NCBI RefSeq assembly: GCF_006345805.1
Contig: NC_042997.1
Span: 77,438,001-77,502,000 of the forward strand
DNA from: Octopus sinensis
Lineage: Eukaryota
DNA length: 64,000 nucleotides
Reading direction: 5' to 3'
The notes under the pieces were generated by a model. That model saw only the letters and a list, made by a program, of their open reading frames with translations. It was not told where the DNA came from and ran no database searches. The position numbers were made by a program, and so were the translations under genes. Below, piece after piece: positions 1 through 13,484 of the stretch. Each line of letters begins with the position of its first letter. Position 1 is the first letter of the stretch.

Positions 1-62
1 TTTCTGTACATACAAAGTGTGCAATCCAGTTTAGTCATGCAAAAGTATAAAATCTTCTGATA

Positions 63-871
63 CAGTCGGGGGGGAAATAAATATTTGTACATGTCAAAAT
101 TCTTTATTTATTTAATTTCTAATGAACATAAATGGGATATACCAATACTATATTTGCATACACATGCATAAACTAAGAATATGCAAAAGAAACTAATAAA
201 TTATAGTAACTAAAGAATTTAGTCAACAGTGAAGTTTTTCTAGGAGAGCGTGACTTCAGTTCATTCCTATGAAGTTCATTACTGATTGTTCGAAGTGTAA
301 CACTAGTCCCTGAAGCTAACAAATCTTCTTGCAACTCCTTTCTGGTGATCATTGCGTTTTTTTTATTCTTCGCTTCAATTTTCTTAAAGATCTAGGGGAA
401 ATCTTGCATGGTGCACCGGATCTTATTCTGTTTTCAACAGTTCCTGATTTTTTATATCTTTGAATAAATGAAGATATGGCAGAAAATGGGGTACAAAGGG
501 TCTCTGATATTTTCCTGTAACTTTTACCTGCTTTCCACTGTTGAATGAAGAAGCTAGCGTTTTGACACTTAAAAATGACAACTGATAAGATTATTGGAAC
601 AAACGAGAAAGTTTTAGTAAAAAATATTATTTTAACAGTATTTTGTGGCATAGAAAATTATAAATTTATTCTGTATGAATACTTTTTTCACCCCTAAATA
701 TTTATAATTGTATATAAATTCATTAGTTACTATAATTTATTAGTTTCTTTTGCATATTCTTAGTTTATGCATGTATATGCAAATATAGTATTGGTATATC
801 CCATTTATGTTCATTAGAAATTAAATAAATAAAGGATTTTGACATGTACAAATATTTATTTCCCCCCCCCA

Positions 872-874
<3 letters not shown>
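63..874 (-). mobile_element. Internally deleted Tc1-family DNA transposon
   Basis: About 158-bp terminal inverted repeats (63-220 vs about 716-874; CAGT...ACTG, TA on the left flank). Minus strand encodes a Tc1 paired/HTH region (WKAGKSYRKISE...RSGAPCKIS, then after a frameshift MITRKELQEDL...RSPRKTSLL) fused directly to the TIR; no DDE domain. Confidence 0.9.
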
Positions 875-926
<52 letters not shown>

Positions 927-929
927 ATT

Positions 930-1295
930 GGCACAGTCATGGTTGTGGTAAGAAGCTTGCTTCCCAACCACATGGTTCTGGGTTCAATGACACCTTAGGC
1001 AAGTGTCTTCAACCAAAGCTTTGTGAGTGGATTTGGTTGACGGAAACTGAAAGAAGCCTATCATGTATGTATATATTTATATGTGTGTCTTTTGTCTGTG
1101 TTTGTCCCACCACCATCACTTGACAACCGACGCTGGTGTGCTTATGTTCTCATAACTTAGTGACTCGGCAAAGAGACTGATAGAATAAGTACTAGGCTTA
1201 CAAAGAATAAGTCCTGGGGTCGATTTCTTTGACTAAAACCCTTTAAGGTGGTACTTCAGCATGGCTGCAGTCAAATGACTAAAACAAGTAAAAGA
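930..1295 (+). mobile_element. tRNA-derived SINE (Octopus-type)
   Basis: Pol III A/B-box-like head, GGCAAGTGTCTTC core, internal TA/TG tract, tail ...CAGCATGGCTGCAGTCAAATGACTAAAACAAGTAAAAG; many homologues in the window. Confidence 0.8.
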
Positions 1296-1845
1296 ACAAA
1301 CTGAGGACTTTTACATGGCTAAGTTAAGTTTGCATAATATCTGATTTCTTCATAAATTCTAACTCTGTTTTTGAGTGATTGATATTATCCCCAGTTTATT
1401 TACTAAACAAGTAAATACCATTAGATAGATAAAGGATGCAAAGAAAAATTAGATATAACACAAAAAATTACACAAATTTGTAATGAAATGCGTAAATACA
1501 GTCAGCAACTAGCAGAAAACCACATGCAGAGTAGTCTTTCTGTAGTATTCAGAATGAATCTTATAAATTGCAATTTATACTGCATTTATAAAAACGTTGT
1601 GCCATTGCAAAATTTTTGTAGAGCTGTGATGTTTTCTACTGTAACATGACATCTTGGTGTAGTTTTATTCACAAGGAATTTACTAACTACTATTCCTGGA
1701 GAGATAGCCTTCTACTGCTTATATTGAATGTCAAAGATGGGCTACTTTTTTTCTTGATGCAATTTTGTAACCCTGCCAGTGACAGTAAATATCAAAAGAC
1801 ATAATCTAATAGGCTACAGTTGAAGTTGCCAAACAAATAAACCAT

Positions 1846-2060
1846 TCATCATCATCATTATCATTTAATGCTCATCATGCCTAGCTCCTGTCAAACCATC
1901 TAACCCTTGCTGGCATGAGTTGGATGGTTTGACAAGAGCCTGGCAAGCTAGGGAGTTACACCAAGACCTATTGTCTGCTTTGGCATGGTCTCTATGGCTG
2001 GATGTCCTTCCTAACACCAACCACTTTACTGAGTGTACTAGATGTGTTTTATGTGGTTTG
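1846..2060 (-). mobile_element. RTE-type LINE 3' UTR fragment
   Basis: (CAT)n tail and GGATG(T/C)CCTTCCTAAC(A/G)CCAACCACT motif shared with 24944, 28541 and 44059. Confidence 0.65.
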
Positions 2061-3474
2061 TGTAAATTAAACCTAAAAATAAATTTTATTTCCAAAAAAT
2101 ATATAGTCATATTTTTATTTATTCACAACACTCGATGCCTATAGCTTCATAGCATCAGAATAACAAATTTATTTGGGATAATAATTGCAACATCAGGCTA
2201 AGAATTTCCAGTACGAGTGGCTTAGTTGATGTATGGTTGGGGTAAACATTTATGTACTGAAGATGCTGTAACAACCCACTTCTGAATGCAGAAGTCAATG
2301 TCTCATCTGGTGACAAAGTAACTCTGTGAATTTCAAACACTGTGACACCAGAGCCTCCTAATGATGTAGGCAACAAAACACTAAAGCAGATGTAGACCAT
2401 GTCAGATGTAGACCATGTCAGTCATCATCTCTCTTGAACCTGATGTCATGACTCACTTTTCCTACAGCTTCTGACAGTTCCTTTTTAAGATGTTTTCTTT
2501 CTTTGCAGCTTGTCCAATGTTACTAAGCAGTGAGTAAAACCTGGTTCCAGTAAACCTTTTCTGATACCTATCTCCATGAAATTTGTTACCACCCAGCCAT
2601 TATTTTATACAGAGTTCAACCAACAACATGTACCTTGTGCCTTCCCTAATGATTGGCCTGCCAGAAGATTGTCAGCTCAGCCATTTTAACCACTTTTCTT
2701 CCTTGCATCATATAATTAACTTAATTGTTTTTGGTGGCAAAAGAGGAAGCGATATTCCTGTTAAGATCCCAAAGCCCCTTCTACTTTTGATTGTTCTTTT
2801 CTCTTAGAGAATGGCCTACACTTTTCATCTTCCCTACAGAACCTTATCTTTCCTGTCTTTACTACTTTTTTCACCATTACTAATTCTGTTTAGCCTCTCC
2901 TCCATTACATCAACCAGTGCTTTAAGCATTTGATTATGCCACCTTATATATATGTACTGCATTCCTGAGTAATTTGAGAGTATATGCTTCCGTGTTCCAA
3001 TCTTGCTGCAACAATATAGACTACTCCCCTAAATGTTCCAATGTCTTAGGTTTGCTGGTCTAAAAATATGTCACAGTCAAAGCAAACCAGAAAATGGATT
3101 CTGACTGTCTTCCATGATCAGAGTCTTTCTATTCTATTTTCCCTTTAGCTATAAACACCGTCATATTGGCTACATTACACCCAATACACATAGTCGATGT
3201 ATATTTGCTGTTGGATAAGTATAATTTATGCATACTAAAAGGTAAGTTTCTGTATAGCCATTCCCATGAGGTTTAAAAGAATTGAAAAGCATATCATAAC
3301 CACTAGTAATTGTAATTTTATGCGCAAGTTATTTGATGCCTTCATAAATAGAATCACAAAGTTCACTAGTTACAGGGGAGTGGGGTTTACATCCAAACTT
3401 TGTTCATGAAAGTTAGTTGTAATATTTTCTATTGAAAAAGTATTTTTTCTTTATTACGCAGTTATACTTTAAAG

Positions 3475-5413
3475 CAGTGATTCCCAACAAGGTCCCTGGG
3501 GCCCACCGGTGGTCCCCAGAGAATTTGTAGCCATAAAAAAAAATTGAGGCCATTTCAGATCTACACAATATTGTTCGATAATAAAGACACTTTTAGTTAA
3601 TAATAATTTATATGAGGACGGAATAATAATAAGAAAACAAAATTCAATAATTATTCCATAAGAACCAATAATGTATAATATATAATCAATAATATATTAC
3701 AATCAAGAATTACATGATTTAAATTTTACAATCACAACAGTTTCATAATAAATTAAATATTTTTAATAGATCACTAGACAATATTGTTTAATAATAAATT
3801 TGATACTTTTAATGTATAGAATTAAAGTATTCATTACTTTTATTCTTTTAAAGATCAGTTGTAATAATGTCTGAACCAATTTCTAAAAAGGCAAAACTGA
3901 GGAACTACAAAGAAGATTTTATCATGTTTGGTTTTGTATCTGTAAACTCAAAACCTATGTGATGCCATCATGACAAATCATTCCATGAAGAAAGTTAAGC
4001 TGAAACAGCACCAGAAATTAAGGCATCCATCATCTGTTGGTAAAGATAGGGAATATTTTAAGAATAAAAAGAATATACAGCTAATCAAACTATCCGACTG
4101 AAAAAGCAGACACTCAAACCAAGTTATTTGGTCTCTGAAATTATTGTCAAGGTTGCAGCACCTCAGATTTATGGTGAGAAACTTGTCAAGCCTGCTATGA
4201 TAGCTTGTGCAAATGAGGTTCTAGGAAAAGATGCTGCATCTACTCTGAGTACAAGTCCACTTTCAGGAAACAGGATGAAATGTCTAATTTTGCTGAGGAG
4301 AAGATTGTGGAAATTCTCCAAAAGAAAAATTTTTCTTTCCAGGTTGATGACAGCACAATTCATAACCAAGCTAACCTTCTTGTCTATATCAGATTCATCC
4401 ATGAAGATGATATAAGGGAAGAAATGTTATTCATTAAAAGTTTGTCTGAAACTACTAATGAAGAAGACATATTCAACGAAGTAATGCACTATTTTAATGA
4501 TAAAAATATTCCATTGACTAATTTGATTAACATTGCATCAGATGGAGCTGCAGCCATGACTGGAAAAGTGAAAGGCTTTGTTTCTAGTATGAAATCAGTT
4601 GCTCCTCACATTTTTTATATACATTGCATTATCCACAAACAGCATTTAGTTGCTAAGAATATTGGAGGACACATGGAAGAAGCACTCAACACTGCCATAC
4701 ATGCAATTAACTTTGTCAAATCAAACTCAATGAATAATAGATTTTTTATACAATTCTGCGAAGATGAAGATTTTAAAATCCTATTGCTTCACACAAAAGT
4801 AAGATGGTTGTCAAAAGACTGAGCCTTGAAAGATTAGTGAATTTGTGGGAATCATTAATCAACTTTCTCATGTTCAAGAGCCAGATGACTCCAAGAAGCA
4901 AGCTGATACAACTAAGAAAATTTTGGAAAGACTTTCTGAGAGTAAATCAAAAATATTCTACTTGAGTGATATTTTTAAAACAGTGAATCTGCTTAACTTA
5001 AAGCTACAAGGTAGAAAACCAGATTTCTGGTTCTCAGAAGATAAAAGGGTATATGGAGAAATTAAAATTTTAGAAAAAACAGTTTAAAAAAAAAAAATTG
5101 GCATCATTTCAAAATTTTAACACCACTCTTCCTGCATCAGCTTGAGCTAGTCACCAGCTGAATGGACTAAAAATGAACGACTTTATGAAAAATGATTTTG
5201 ATATCTTGTGTTTATCTTTGTTTACTAAAATAAATTATAAATTTTATCTTTTGTTTGTTAAAATAAATTTTAAAGTGTAAATAGACTATTTTGTCTTTTC
5301 ATTATGTATTTTAGCATGAAAATAGAACAGCATAAAGTAAAAGTAGAAGTGGTTCCTAGAACTTTTTTCAAGTAAGAAATGGTCCCTGGGCTGAAAAAGG
5401 TTGGGAACCACTG
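3475..5413 (+). mobile_element. hAT (Buster/Charlie-like) DNA transposon, degenerate transposase
   Basis: TIRs CAGTGATTCCCAAC / GTTGGGAACCACTG; 8-bp TSD CTTTAAAG (right copy split by a MITE). Broken transposase from ATG 3867 (MSEPISKKAKLRNYKEDF..) with FSFQVDDST, IASDGAAAMTG, HCIIHKQHL and LLLHTKVRWLSK motifs. Confidence 0.92.
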
Positions 5414-5419
5414 CTTTAA

Positions 5420-5639
5420 CCCTTTAGCATTCAAACCGGCCATATCCAGCCAAAATATTTAACCTGTTTTATATTGAAACTGACCAGATCCCACCTCTCA
5501 CCTCAGCCCTACCATGTCATTCTAAAACTAAAACATCACATCACAGAAATATCTAAACTATAAGATAATGCATGATTAATTCAAAACAATATAAATAAAC
5601 AAACATCACATTTGATAGAATAATCTGAACACTAAAGGG
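5420..5639. mobile_element. piggyBac-type MITE
   Basis: TTAA duplicated at 5416-5419 and 5640-5643; CCCTTTAG...CTAAAGGG termini; non-coding, 220 bp. Confidence 0.85.
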
Positions 5640-6769
5640 TTAAAGCATGAACAAGGCTGTGAATACACTAACATTTCTGTTGGCATTACACATGATCTAC
5701 TAGCTTCTTTATATTCCTGGTAGCAAATTAATTTCACCTAGGTTTACCCTTTTATTCATGTCTTGTTGAACATTTTCTATTTATAAAGATACATGTATCA
5801 AAGGTTACATTGGTATTGTGAAAATGATTTGAAAGTTATAATTTTCCATTTCTTGTCTTTTTTTAAATCTAGGGAAAGAAATCAATATTTTAATATATGT
5901 TCAAACAAAATGATGTGTCAGTAATAACTTGATTTAAAACATTTATATATTGTGCAGAAGTTTAAGAAGATGCTTCTCACTCAGACAACATAAATATATT
6001 TACAACACAACTTGTATTTTAGTGACTTAACCACAGATATCATCCAGTGACACTTTGACATTTAAGTGAAATATTTCAAATACTACAAGTCAATGTTGCC
6101 TACTGAGTTAACTAGGATCAGCTCATGTTAATAAGGAAATCTTTATGTCATTGTTAACTATTAAATATATCAGCCAAACAGCCCTCAAATCTTGAGAAAA
6201 GAAAAGACACATTAGCTAATTGTAGTTCCATACACGCTCCTTAAAAATCCCAGTTGGTCATGACTGGAATGGCTTTGATCATAGAGCTGTTTGATCAAGA
6301 TTGAAATGGGGCTAAAGAACAGTGACACCTAGGATGAGGTGAGGGGGTTGTGATGATTGAAAAGTGGGGCTGACAAATTGCCTAGTTTAATATAAATGTT
6401 TTTAAACTTTTTAAACCTGTCTAACATGAAAGAAAGAAGAATGATGTGGATGCTAAATATTTTGTTCTCATTAATAAAGGTGTGGGGAGTAATTTTCCCT
6501 AATATTTCTTCTTTTTTTTATTATTATGGAGATGGAGCTAATATTTGTCAGCTCAGAGCTACTGACCAAGAATGCTATCGCTTTAATTTTCGTTTTAACA
6601 GCTAACAGTTGTTTATTTCTGGGCTGGATTAGTATATCAAAACACAGTTTACTGAAAGGCATGTATTGGAATCTTAGTTGCAGCCTCTGTGAACAGATTG
6701 TGATGATTAATGAGTACTGATGATTTTTATTATATTGCCTGAAAGTAACACTTTTCAACAACCCACGCA

Positions 6770-6838
<69 letters not shown>

Positions 6839-7149
6839 GTGATCATAACATCATATATGTTAAAAAACAGAAAGGAAGAACCTTGCCCACTTATTTCAAA
6901 TCTTCCTTGACAAAGAGAGTATAGACAATGCTTTTCTGTTTGCTTGTATATTTGTTGGTTTTTCTCAATCCTTATGTTAACTTAAAAATATAGCTAACTC
7001 ACTACCATTAAAGTGAAGATTTTATAAACTGATAAGTCTACTTGTTAGTGGTGACATGAAAGATGATAGTTAGTTTGTGTAACTTAATGTTGTTGTTGAC
7101 ATTGATTTCCAGTTGCTTTCAAAATCCAACACCTGCTATCCTGTTGAGT

Positions 7150-7512
7150 TTCTAGAAAGTTTACTTCCCAACCATATGGTTTCAGGTTCAATCCTACTGT
7201 GTGGCATTTTGGGTAAGCGTCTTCTACCATAGCCTTGGACCAATCAAATAAATCCTTGCGAGTGAATTTTATAGACAGAAAATGAAAAAATGCATGTTAT
7301 ATATATATATGTATATATCTATTTGTGTGTGTGTGTGTGTCTTTGTGTTTGCTTATCTCTTCCGCTATCACTTGTCGATGGTGTTGGCTTGTTTGTGTCC
7401 CATAACTTAGAGGTTCAGCAAAAAGTGACTAAGGTTGATTCATCTGATTAAAACCTTCAAGGCAGTGCTCCAGTATGGCTGTAGTTAAATGACTGAAGTA
7501 AGTAAAAAAAAA
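7150..7512 (+). mobile_element. tRNA-derived SINE, diverged copy
   Basis: Colinear with the SINE at 930 (head, core, microsatellite middle, tail). Confidence 0.7.
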
Positions 7513-9652
7513 GTTAAAAGATGAATGACCCAACAATATGTAAACCTCGTCTGCAAATGGTTTTCTGTATCTTCCACTTGGGATTTTAGAAATTATCCAT
7601 AATCCTATCTTGAACATCCTGTATAAACATTCTCAAGACACACACAATACTTTACGGGACATTGTGATTTATATCCTTCCTCATCTTTCTTTCGAATGCA
7701 GTGATGGACAAACAACTCAGAGCATTTGTTTAGATGTCAGTTACCCTCAGTCTATGCTGGACCAACAATGCAACATCAGTCAAATATGCAAACAGTGGAA
7801 GAAAGTATGTTTTGGAAATAACAAAAGCAGACCATAGCATCCCTGAATCTGCAGATGTCCTTGCCTCAATTCATATTTGCACATCCTCTATGGTACCCTA
7901 AGATCTATCCTCCCCAAATTAGTATTAACACTGCTTTGGGTGAATGAATCTGGATCCAGGCTAACAGAGAGAGAGAGAGCAATGTTTGTAATAAGTCAAA
8001 AGGTATACAAGTAATTGTATGCTGAAAAACTTAGTCATGCTGATGGCTATCAAATCTTTCCAATTGGTGCCAGTTTAGATGTGCTAGAGAATTGCCAAGT
8101 TGTCTACATTGGCTGTCACAGTTATTTATTGCAAGTGGCACCAGTCAGCGATGGCAGTGGCTTGTATTGAAAGATGGCAATCGTTGAAGCAGTTGAAAAG
8201 TGACCAGATCAGCTCTGGAAATTACAGTTCTTCTACAGGTTTAACTACAGAAGCCTTGTTACGTTTTTTATTTCCTGTAAGCCATCAATTTTAGTCATCT
8301 TTGATCCAATGACAGTGAATAGCAAACATCCCCATCATCATCTGTGAACTCATGGACTAGATCCAAAGACCATTCAGATGTAGTGATGGATGTATGTAAA
8401 ATGGAAAGGGACAGAATTGACATCAACTGATGACTTTGCATTTATCTACACTTCACCTTTCCTGGCAAGAATCTCCCTACTGTCAGGGGAAATGTCACTA
8501 AACACTTCACATTTCTACATGGAATTGGATAACATGCATCCATCACGATATGTCAAAGATCAAATTGTAGCTTTGGCTCTATTTCATACCTTTGCTGCCA
8601 TGGCTTATTGGATCTATTTTGCAATTTTGTATCTATGAGCACACTAGCTTGAACAGTGCAGTCAGCATTTTACATCAAATAAATGAATGCCATTTTGGTC
8701 CTTAGCACTCAAGTCTGTTACCTTTCTTAATATATCTTCTAGTTTACTCACCAAATTGTTGTTTTGTATTATTACATCCATGATAAATTTTATCAACTCT
8801 GATCTTTCTCTATTTGAACACCTACTACCCATGTTGATGTTTGTTCCTTTCAGTTCTTGTCTAACCCACTCATTAATACAGCCTCTGTGCAATTTTTTCT
8901 TCTTTTTTTTCTACAAGGTATGACACACTTGGCAACCAGTAATCAATCCTTTCCCTAAGTCTTATCTAAGTTGACCATGCAGCCCATAAATTAGTGATCT
9001 GTATAGCTTACTATTCGAAACTGTGTACATCCTACACCTTCTAACCCAACTAAAAAGCTATCTAAAAACGTCTGACCCTAAATGGCCTGCCCATAAGTCT
9101 ACAAGTTACCTAGAAAGACATAAGCATGTTCCCAAAAGTAACAACACTAGAGGTCTGTAAGTATTACCTGCACAGTCCCACAAATATTTCTTAACATTTT
9201 AAGTATGTTATCCAAGATAAACTTAATTCTGTTTGATGTAAGAAGGAAAACTCTTAATGTATATCTCAAATCATTTGCATAAAAAAATAAATTTAAACCC
9301 TAACTGAAATAATCCCCCATAAAAAGTAATTTCATGTTATTAAATCTTCTAACAGCCATTAAAAGAATTGTTTCCATGCTACTTCAGCTCAACTCAAATG
9401 TATCAACAATTATACTAAGTTGCAACTCTTAATCCTTTTTCTCTTCATCCTTCTTTTCCCCTAAGGTGAAGCCTTGTCTATCATGCTATGTCATTCAATG
9501 CTCTGATTTTCTTTTTATTATCTACAAGATTAATGGTTACTCAAGAAGCTGTAGTCACGCAAGTTCATTCCAGCAATTTTTCTTTGTTCTGTTTTTTATT
9601 TTCTTGTATTTTTTTAGCCTCTTCTCAGATGTCTCCTGTCATGTTTAAAGTG

Positions 9653-10061
9653 TTTATTACCTCTGCCAAGGAAGGCGGTTATGTTTTCATCGGTGTTGGT
9701 TTGTCTGTCTGTCCATCTGTGTGCAAAATAACTCAAAAAGTTGTGAACAGTATTTGATGAAATTTGCAGAAAACGTTGGTAATGACACGAGGAACAGATG
9801 ATGAAATTTTGGTAGTGATCTGAGAATTTTTATGGATTCTTGAAGGATTTTTCATTTGTTTCTTTACTTTACATGAAGTATTACAATGTTACGTTCTTTG
9901 ATTATCTCCCTTGAAAACACGTTCATCGTTTCCACGTAACCTATGGTGGAGTTGCCGTTTCCAAAGTTTATTTTCGTTTCTCTATTAGTAATTTTACTCA
10001 CGTATCTATCTTAAAATGAGCTGCTTGGTGGAGGTCTGCACTCTCCAAGTGCTTTTCTAGT
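9653..10061 (+). mobile_element. Non-autonomous Helentron-type element (DINE-1/HINE-like)
   Basis: 5' TTATTACCTCTGCCAAG, (TCTG)n tract, 3' sub-terminal IR CTTGGTGGAGGT, hairpin GCACTCTCCAAGTGC, terminal TTTTCTAG. Confidence 0.75.
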
Positions 10062-10779
10062 ATTGAAAGTGAAAGGGACAGCATGTTACGGAAACTCTGG
10101 TTGCAGAATTCCATGCTTGCAAAAACTGACCACTAATTTTGGGATGTAGCTTATAATTCCACTCTAATGGAAGTTCAGATGGTTCTTAACAATTTTTAAA
10201 ACTAAGATTGGGATGTGAATAAAATATATTTTGCAAAGAAATGTCAATTTTGTGTAACACTTTAATACGTTCAACCTAGCCATTTTCTGCCACCATCCTC
10301 TGGACATTTTTGTCACTTACAGACAACCAATTTAATTCTTTAAGTCTATTTGTTTATTCTCCCCACCCACTTTTGTTTTTTCACTATTTAGCATTCTTGC
10401 TATCAAATATTACTTCCCATTGCTGTCTCCAACTTCACTTTTCATTATACTCCATATTCTTACTAACACCTACTCATGTCCTCTACTAATTCATCTGAAC
10501 TGGGTCTTGCTACTATGTTTAATCATACACTACTTCTTTCTCAATAGCACAACTCTCAACTTTCGACATCACACCTTCACCACTTTTATTTTCTTGTGTT
10601 CAAAGTAATAACACTACTTTTTACGGATGTAGAACATCATTATTTTCCTTAGATTCTACTGCTTTGGATTTTCTTGTCTATCACTATTACTGCAGGGTTT
10701 AGCAATAAATGTGTACAATATAGTGCATTACCTATATTTACAATGACTGGAAAGAGATTATTGAGTGGGTGTGAAGAAA

Positions 10780-11480
10780 AGGTGTCATAAAGGGATTAAG
10801 TTGAACATTAAAACTTTGTTTTTACAAAGGTTTATTTAATACAGGAGAAATTCTCAGCTATAAAGCAAAAAAGTATCAGAATTAGCAATGTTCACAGTAT
10901 GAACAATATGTGACAACAAAGACAGCACTCAATCAGCTATTCCATTATTTGCCCGGACGCTGTTTTTTCATAGAGCTGATGAGGTAATTAATACAGAACA
11001 GTTCCTGAATGTGTTGATCATCAATCAGACTGGATGCAATATGTCAATAAATACAATAGTTATTCAAACTTTTATTTTAAAAGTTTGTGTGATAATTTGT
11101 AGAAACAAGAAGGTACACCTTCTGGTGCAAAACCTTTTCTGACAAGTAAAGGCTAGTTTGAAAGCTTTAAGAGAAAACTTACTTTGCCCCTTAAAATAAA
11201 ATAATTGGTGAAGCTATCTGTGCTGATAAAGAGATTGCTGCTTATTATCATGGGTAAGTGAAGAAAATTATTGCTGAAGTTGGCTACTCATCAAAATAAA
11301 TATACAATGTTGACAAAACTGGGGTTTTCTGGAGGTGCATGGCTCTTGAAAACTTCCAAAAATTGTTTGATGGTTCTTATGGAGGGAAATATTGCTGGTG
11401 ATATCAGGATACCCCTACTTGCATATCACTCTGAAAATCCCATGACTTTCAAGGAACACATTATGTTTAGTCTTCTTGTG
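10780..11480 (+). pseudogene. pogo/Tigger transposase remnant
   Basis: Broken frames give SKG*FESFKR, GEAICADKE, YNVDKTGVFW, GNIAGD..PLLAYHSENP, matching the Tigger HTH-CENPB/DDE_1 layout. Confidence 0.65.
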
Positions 11481-12128
11481 ATTAGGTGCTCACATTAGAA
11501 TTTTTTTATGGTAATCATTTACCATAAAAAAATATTAAAAAATTATAATCCAGAAATTATTTAATCCAGTTACTGCTTTCAATCAAAAGTAACTTGTCTG
11601 GATCTATTCCTTTTAAAGTCCACTGGTCCATCCAAAATGAATCTGAACAAGAAGGTATGAAGTGTGAAATTGTTGAAATATTTTAGCTATTGACTATCTT
11701 TAACACTCACCAGGTAATTAAGGAACTTTTGTTGCAGATGTGAGCAAAAATAAAGAAAATTAAATAACCTCCGGAGTTAATTTTGCTTATCTGTTACAGA
11801 ATTTTGGGTTTGTGGTTATTTGCAAGGGTGGGGTGCTAAGATATGAAGAGATAAATGCACATCTGATACCTGAACAATTACTAAATTGTTTGTGGTTGAA
11901 CTTCTTGGCTCTAAACTGAATCCCCTAAATCTTACACGTAAAAAATTATTTTGATTCTTCAAGAGAGATAAACTGTTGCTTATCAGAAAGCTCTTGTGAT
12001 CAGAGAGAAAGCTCTTGTTTATCTTTGGACGGGGTTCAATCTTAAAACTCAATTTCATATTGAGTGTACTGGTAGGAGTAAAGAGCATATGTCAACTGGG
12101 ATCTTCAACACTCTGAATACTGTCTTTA

Positions 12129-12326
12129 CTCTTTTACTTGTTTCAGTCCTTTGACTGTGGCCATGCTGGAGCACTGCCTTTAGTCAAGCAAATCGACCCC
12201 AGGACTTATTCTTTGTAAGCCTAGTACTTATTCTATCGTTCTCTTTTGCCAAACCACTAAGTGACGGGGACATAAACACACCAGCATCGGTTGTCAAGCA
12301 ATGCTAGGGGGACAAACACAGACAAA

Positions 12327-12376
<50 letters not shown>

Positions 12377-12487
12377 CATATATACGACAGGCTTCTTTCA
12401 GTTTCCGTCTACCAAATCCACTCACAAGGCATTGGTCGGCCCGGGGCTATAGCAGAAGACACTTGCCCAAGATGCCACGCAGTGGGA
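12129..12487 (-). mobile_element. tRNA-derived SINE, 5'-truncated
   Basis: Reverse complement of the family at 29941/50513. Confidence 0.8.
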
Positions 12488-12569
12488 ATAGTTGATAAAG
12501 AGTTTGAATTTCCCTAAAATCTTATCATGATCACATGATAATCTGAAGGTATCAATATTTAATAAAAAG

Positions 12570-12684
12570 AAGGCTGTGAGTTGGCAGAAACGTTAGTACG
12601 CCAGGCAACATGATTAGCAGTATTTCACCTATCTTTACGTTCTGAGTTCAAATTCTGCCAAGGTCGACTTTGCCTTTCATCCTT
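12570..12684 (+). mobile_element. Second SINE family fragment (B-box head plus GACTTTGCCTTTCATCC core)
   Basis: GAGTTCAAATTC B-box followed by a Nin/Deu-domain-like motif; recognised from memory, not aligned. Confidence 0.45.
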
Positions 12685-13484
12685 ATTTCAGCACTTCAAC
12701 AGCAGCATCTCTAACTCCATTATAGTAACAGATTCATAGAAGAATGCTGCAGTATTGTGCAGTAAAGACAGAGCAATATGAGAAATTAGGATAATGAAAC
12801 ATAGGACACTATGTTTGTTTTTTCTTTTAAATCTTATTTATTCCTTGCTGAGTCTCGAAGAAGGATCAGAGCACATGGCTTTAACAGAGGCTGGTGAGAT
12901 TGCTACTTTTTAACATTGTATTTAAAATGTTGCAGGTCAACACTTTCAGGGAAGACCAGAAAAGTTGTGATATTAAACCAACATCTGGCATTCCCTGCAG
13001 CTAGATTGATGGTGCAAACGTATGTGTGTATAATACAGTTATACACAATAAGTGTCAATATATATTTATATAAATATATACACACATTTATAAATATACA
13101 TGTGTGTGAGAGAATGTGTATATGCATGTGTTAAATTAAGTTTATTGTTTTAAAGTTAATTTAATGATAACAGAGCATTTATTCTATCAGGGGATAACTA
13201 TAGACTGGAAGCAGAATCAAATTTATTATAAAACTCCTATTAACTACAACTTCCATTATCATAGACTGTCAGCTTTTGATATAACAAACAAATAAATGAA
13301 TAGATAAACATACATACACACATGCAACATGCATGCATACATACATACGTATATATAAATAAAAATACACAATATTGTGGAGACCATAACCATTCATAAT
13401 ATGAAAGTGTACTGACGGAATGACCCTATGAAATCCTGAATAAAATGTAAATATAATAGACCATAGTGATTTGGGACAGAGAAG

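Noticed and set aside
7540-8900. Coding exons or LINE remnant in moderately GC-rich unique sequence
   Set aside because: No motif recognised in any frame; left unannotated. The same applies to 2150-3200, which only weakly suggests an old LINE.
11619-11657. Possible micro-exon (AAG/GTATGA donor)
   Set aside because: Signals are too short to distinguish from chance in AT-rich DNA.
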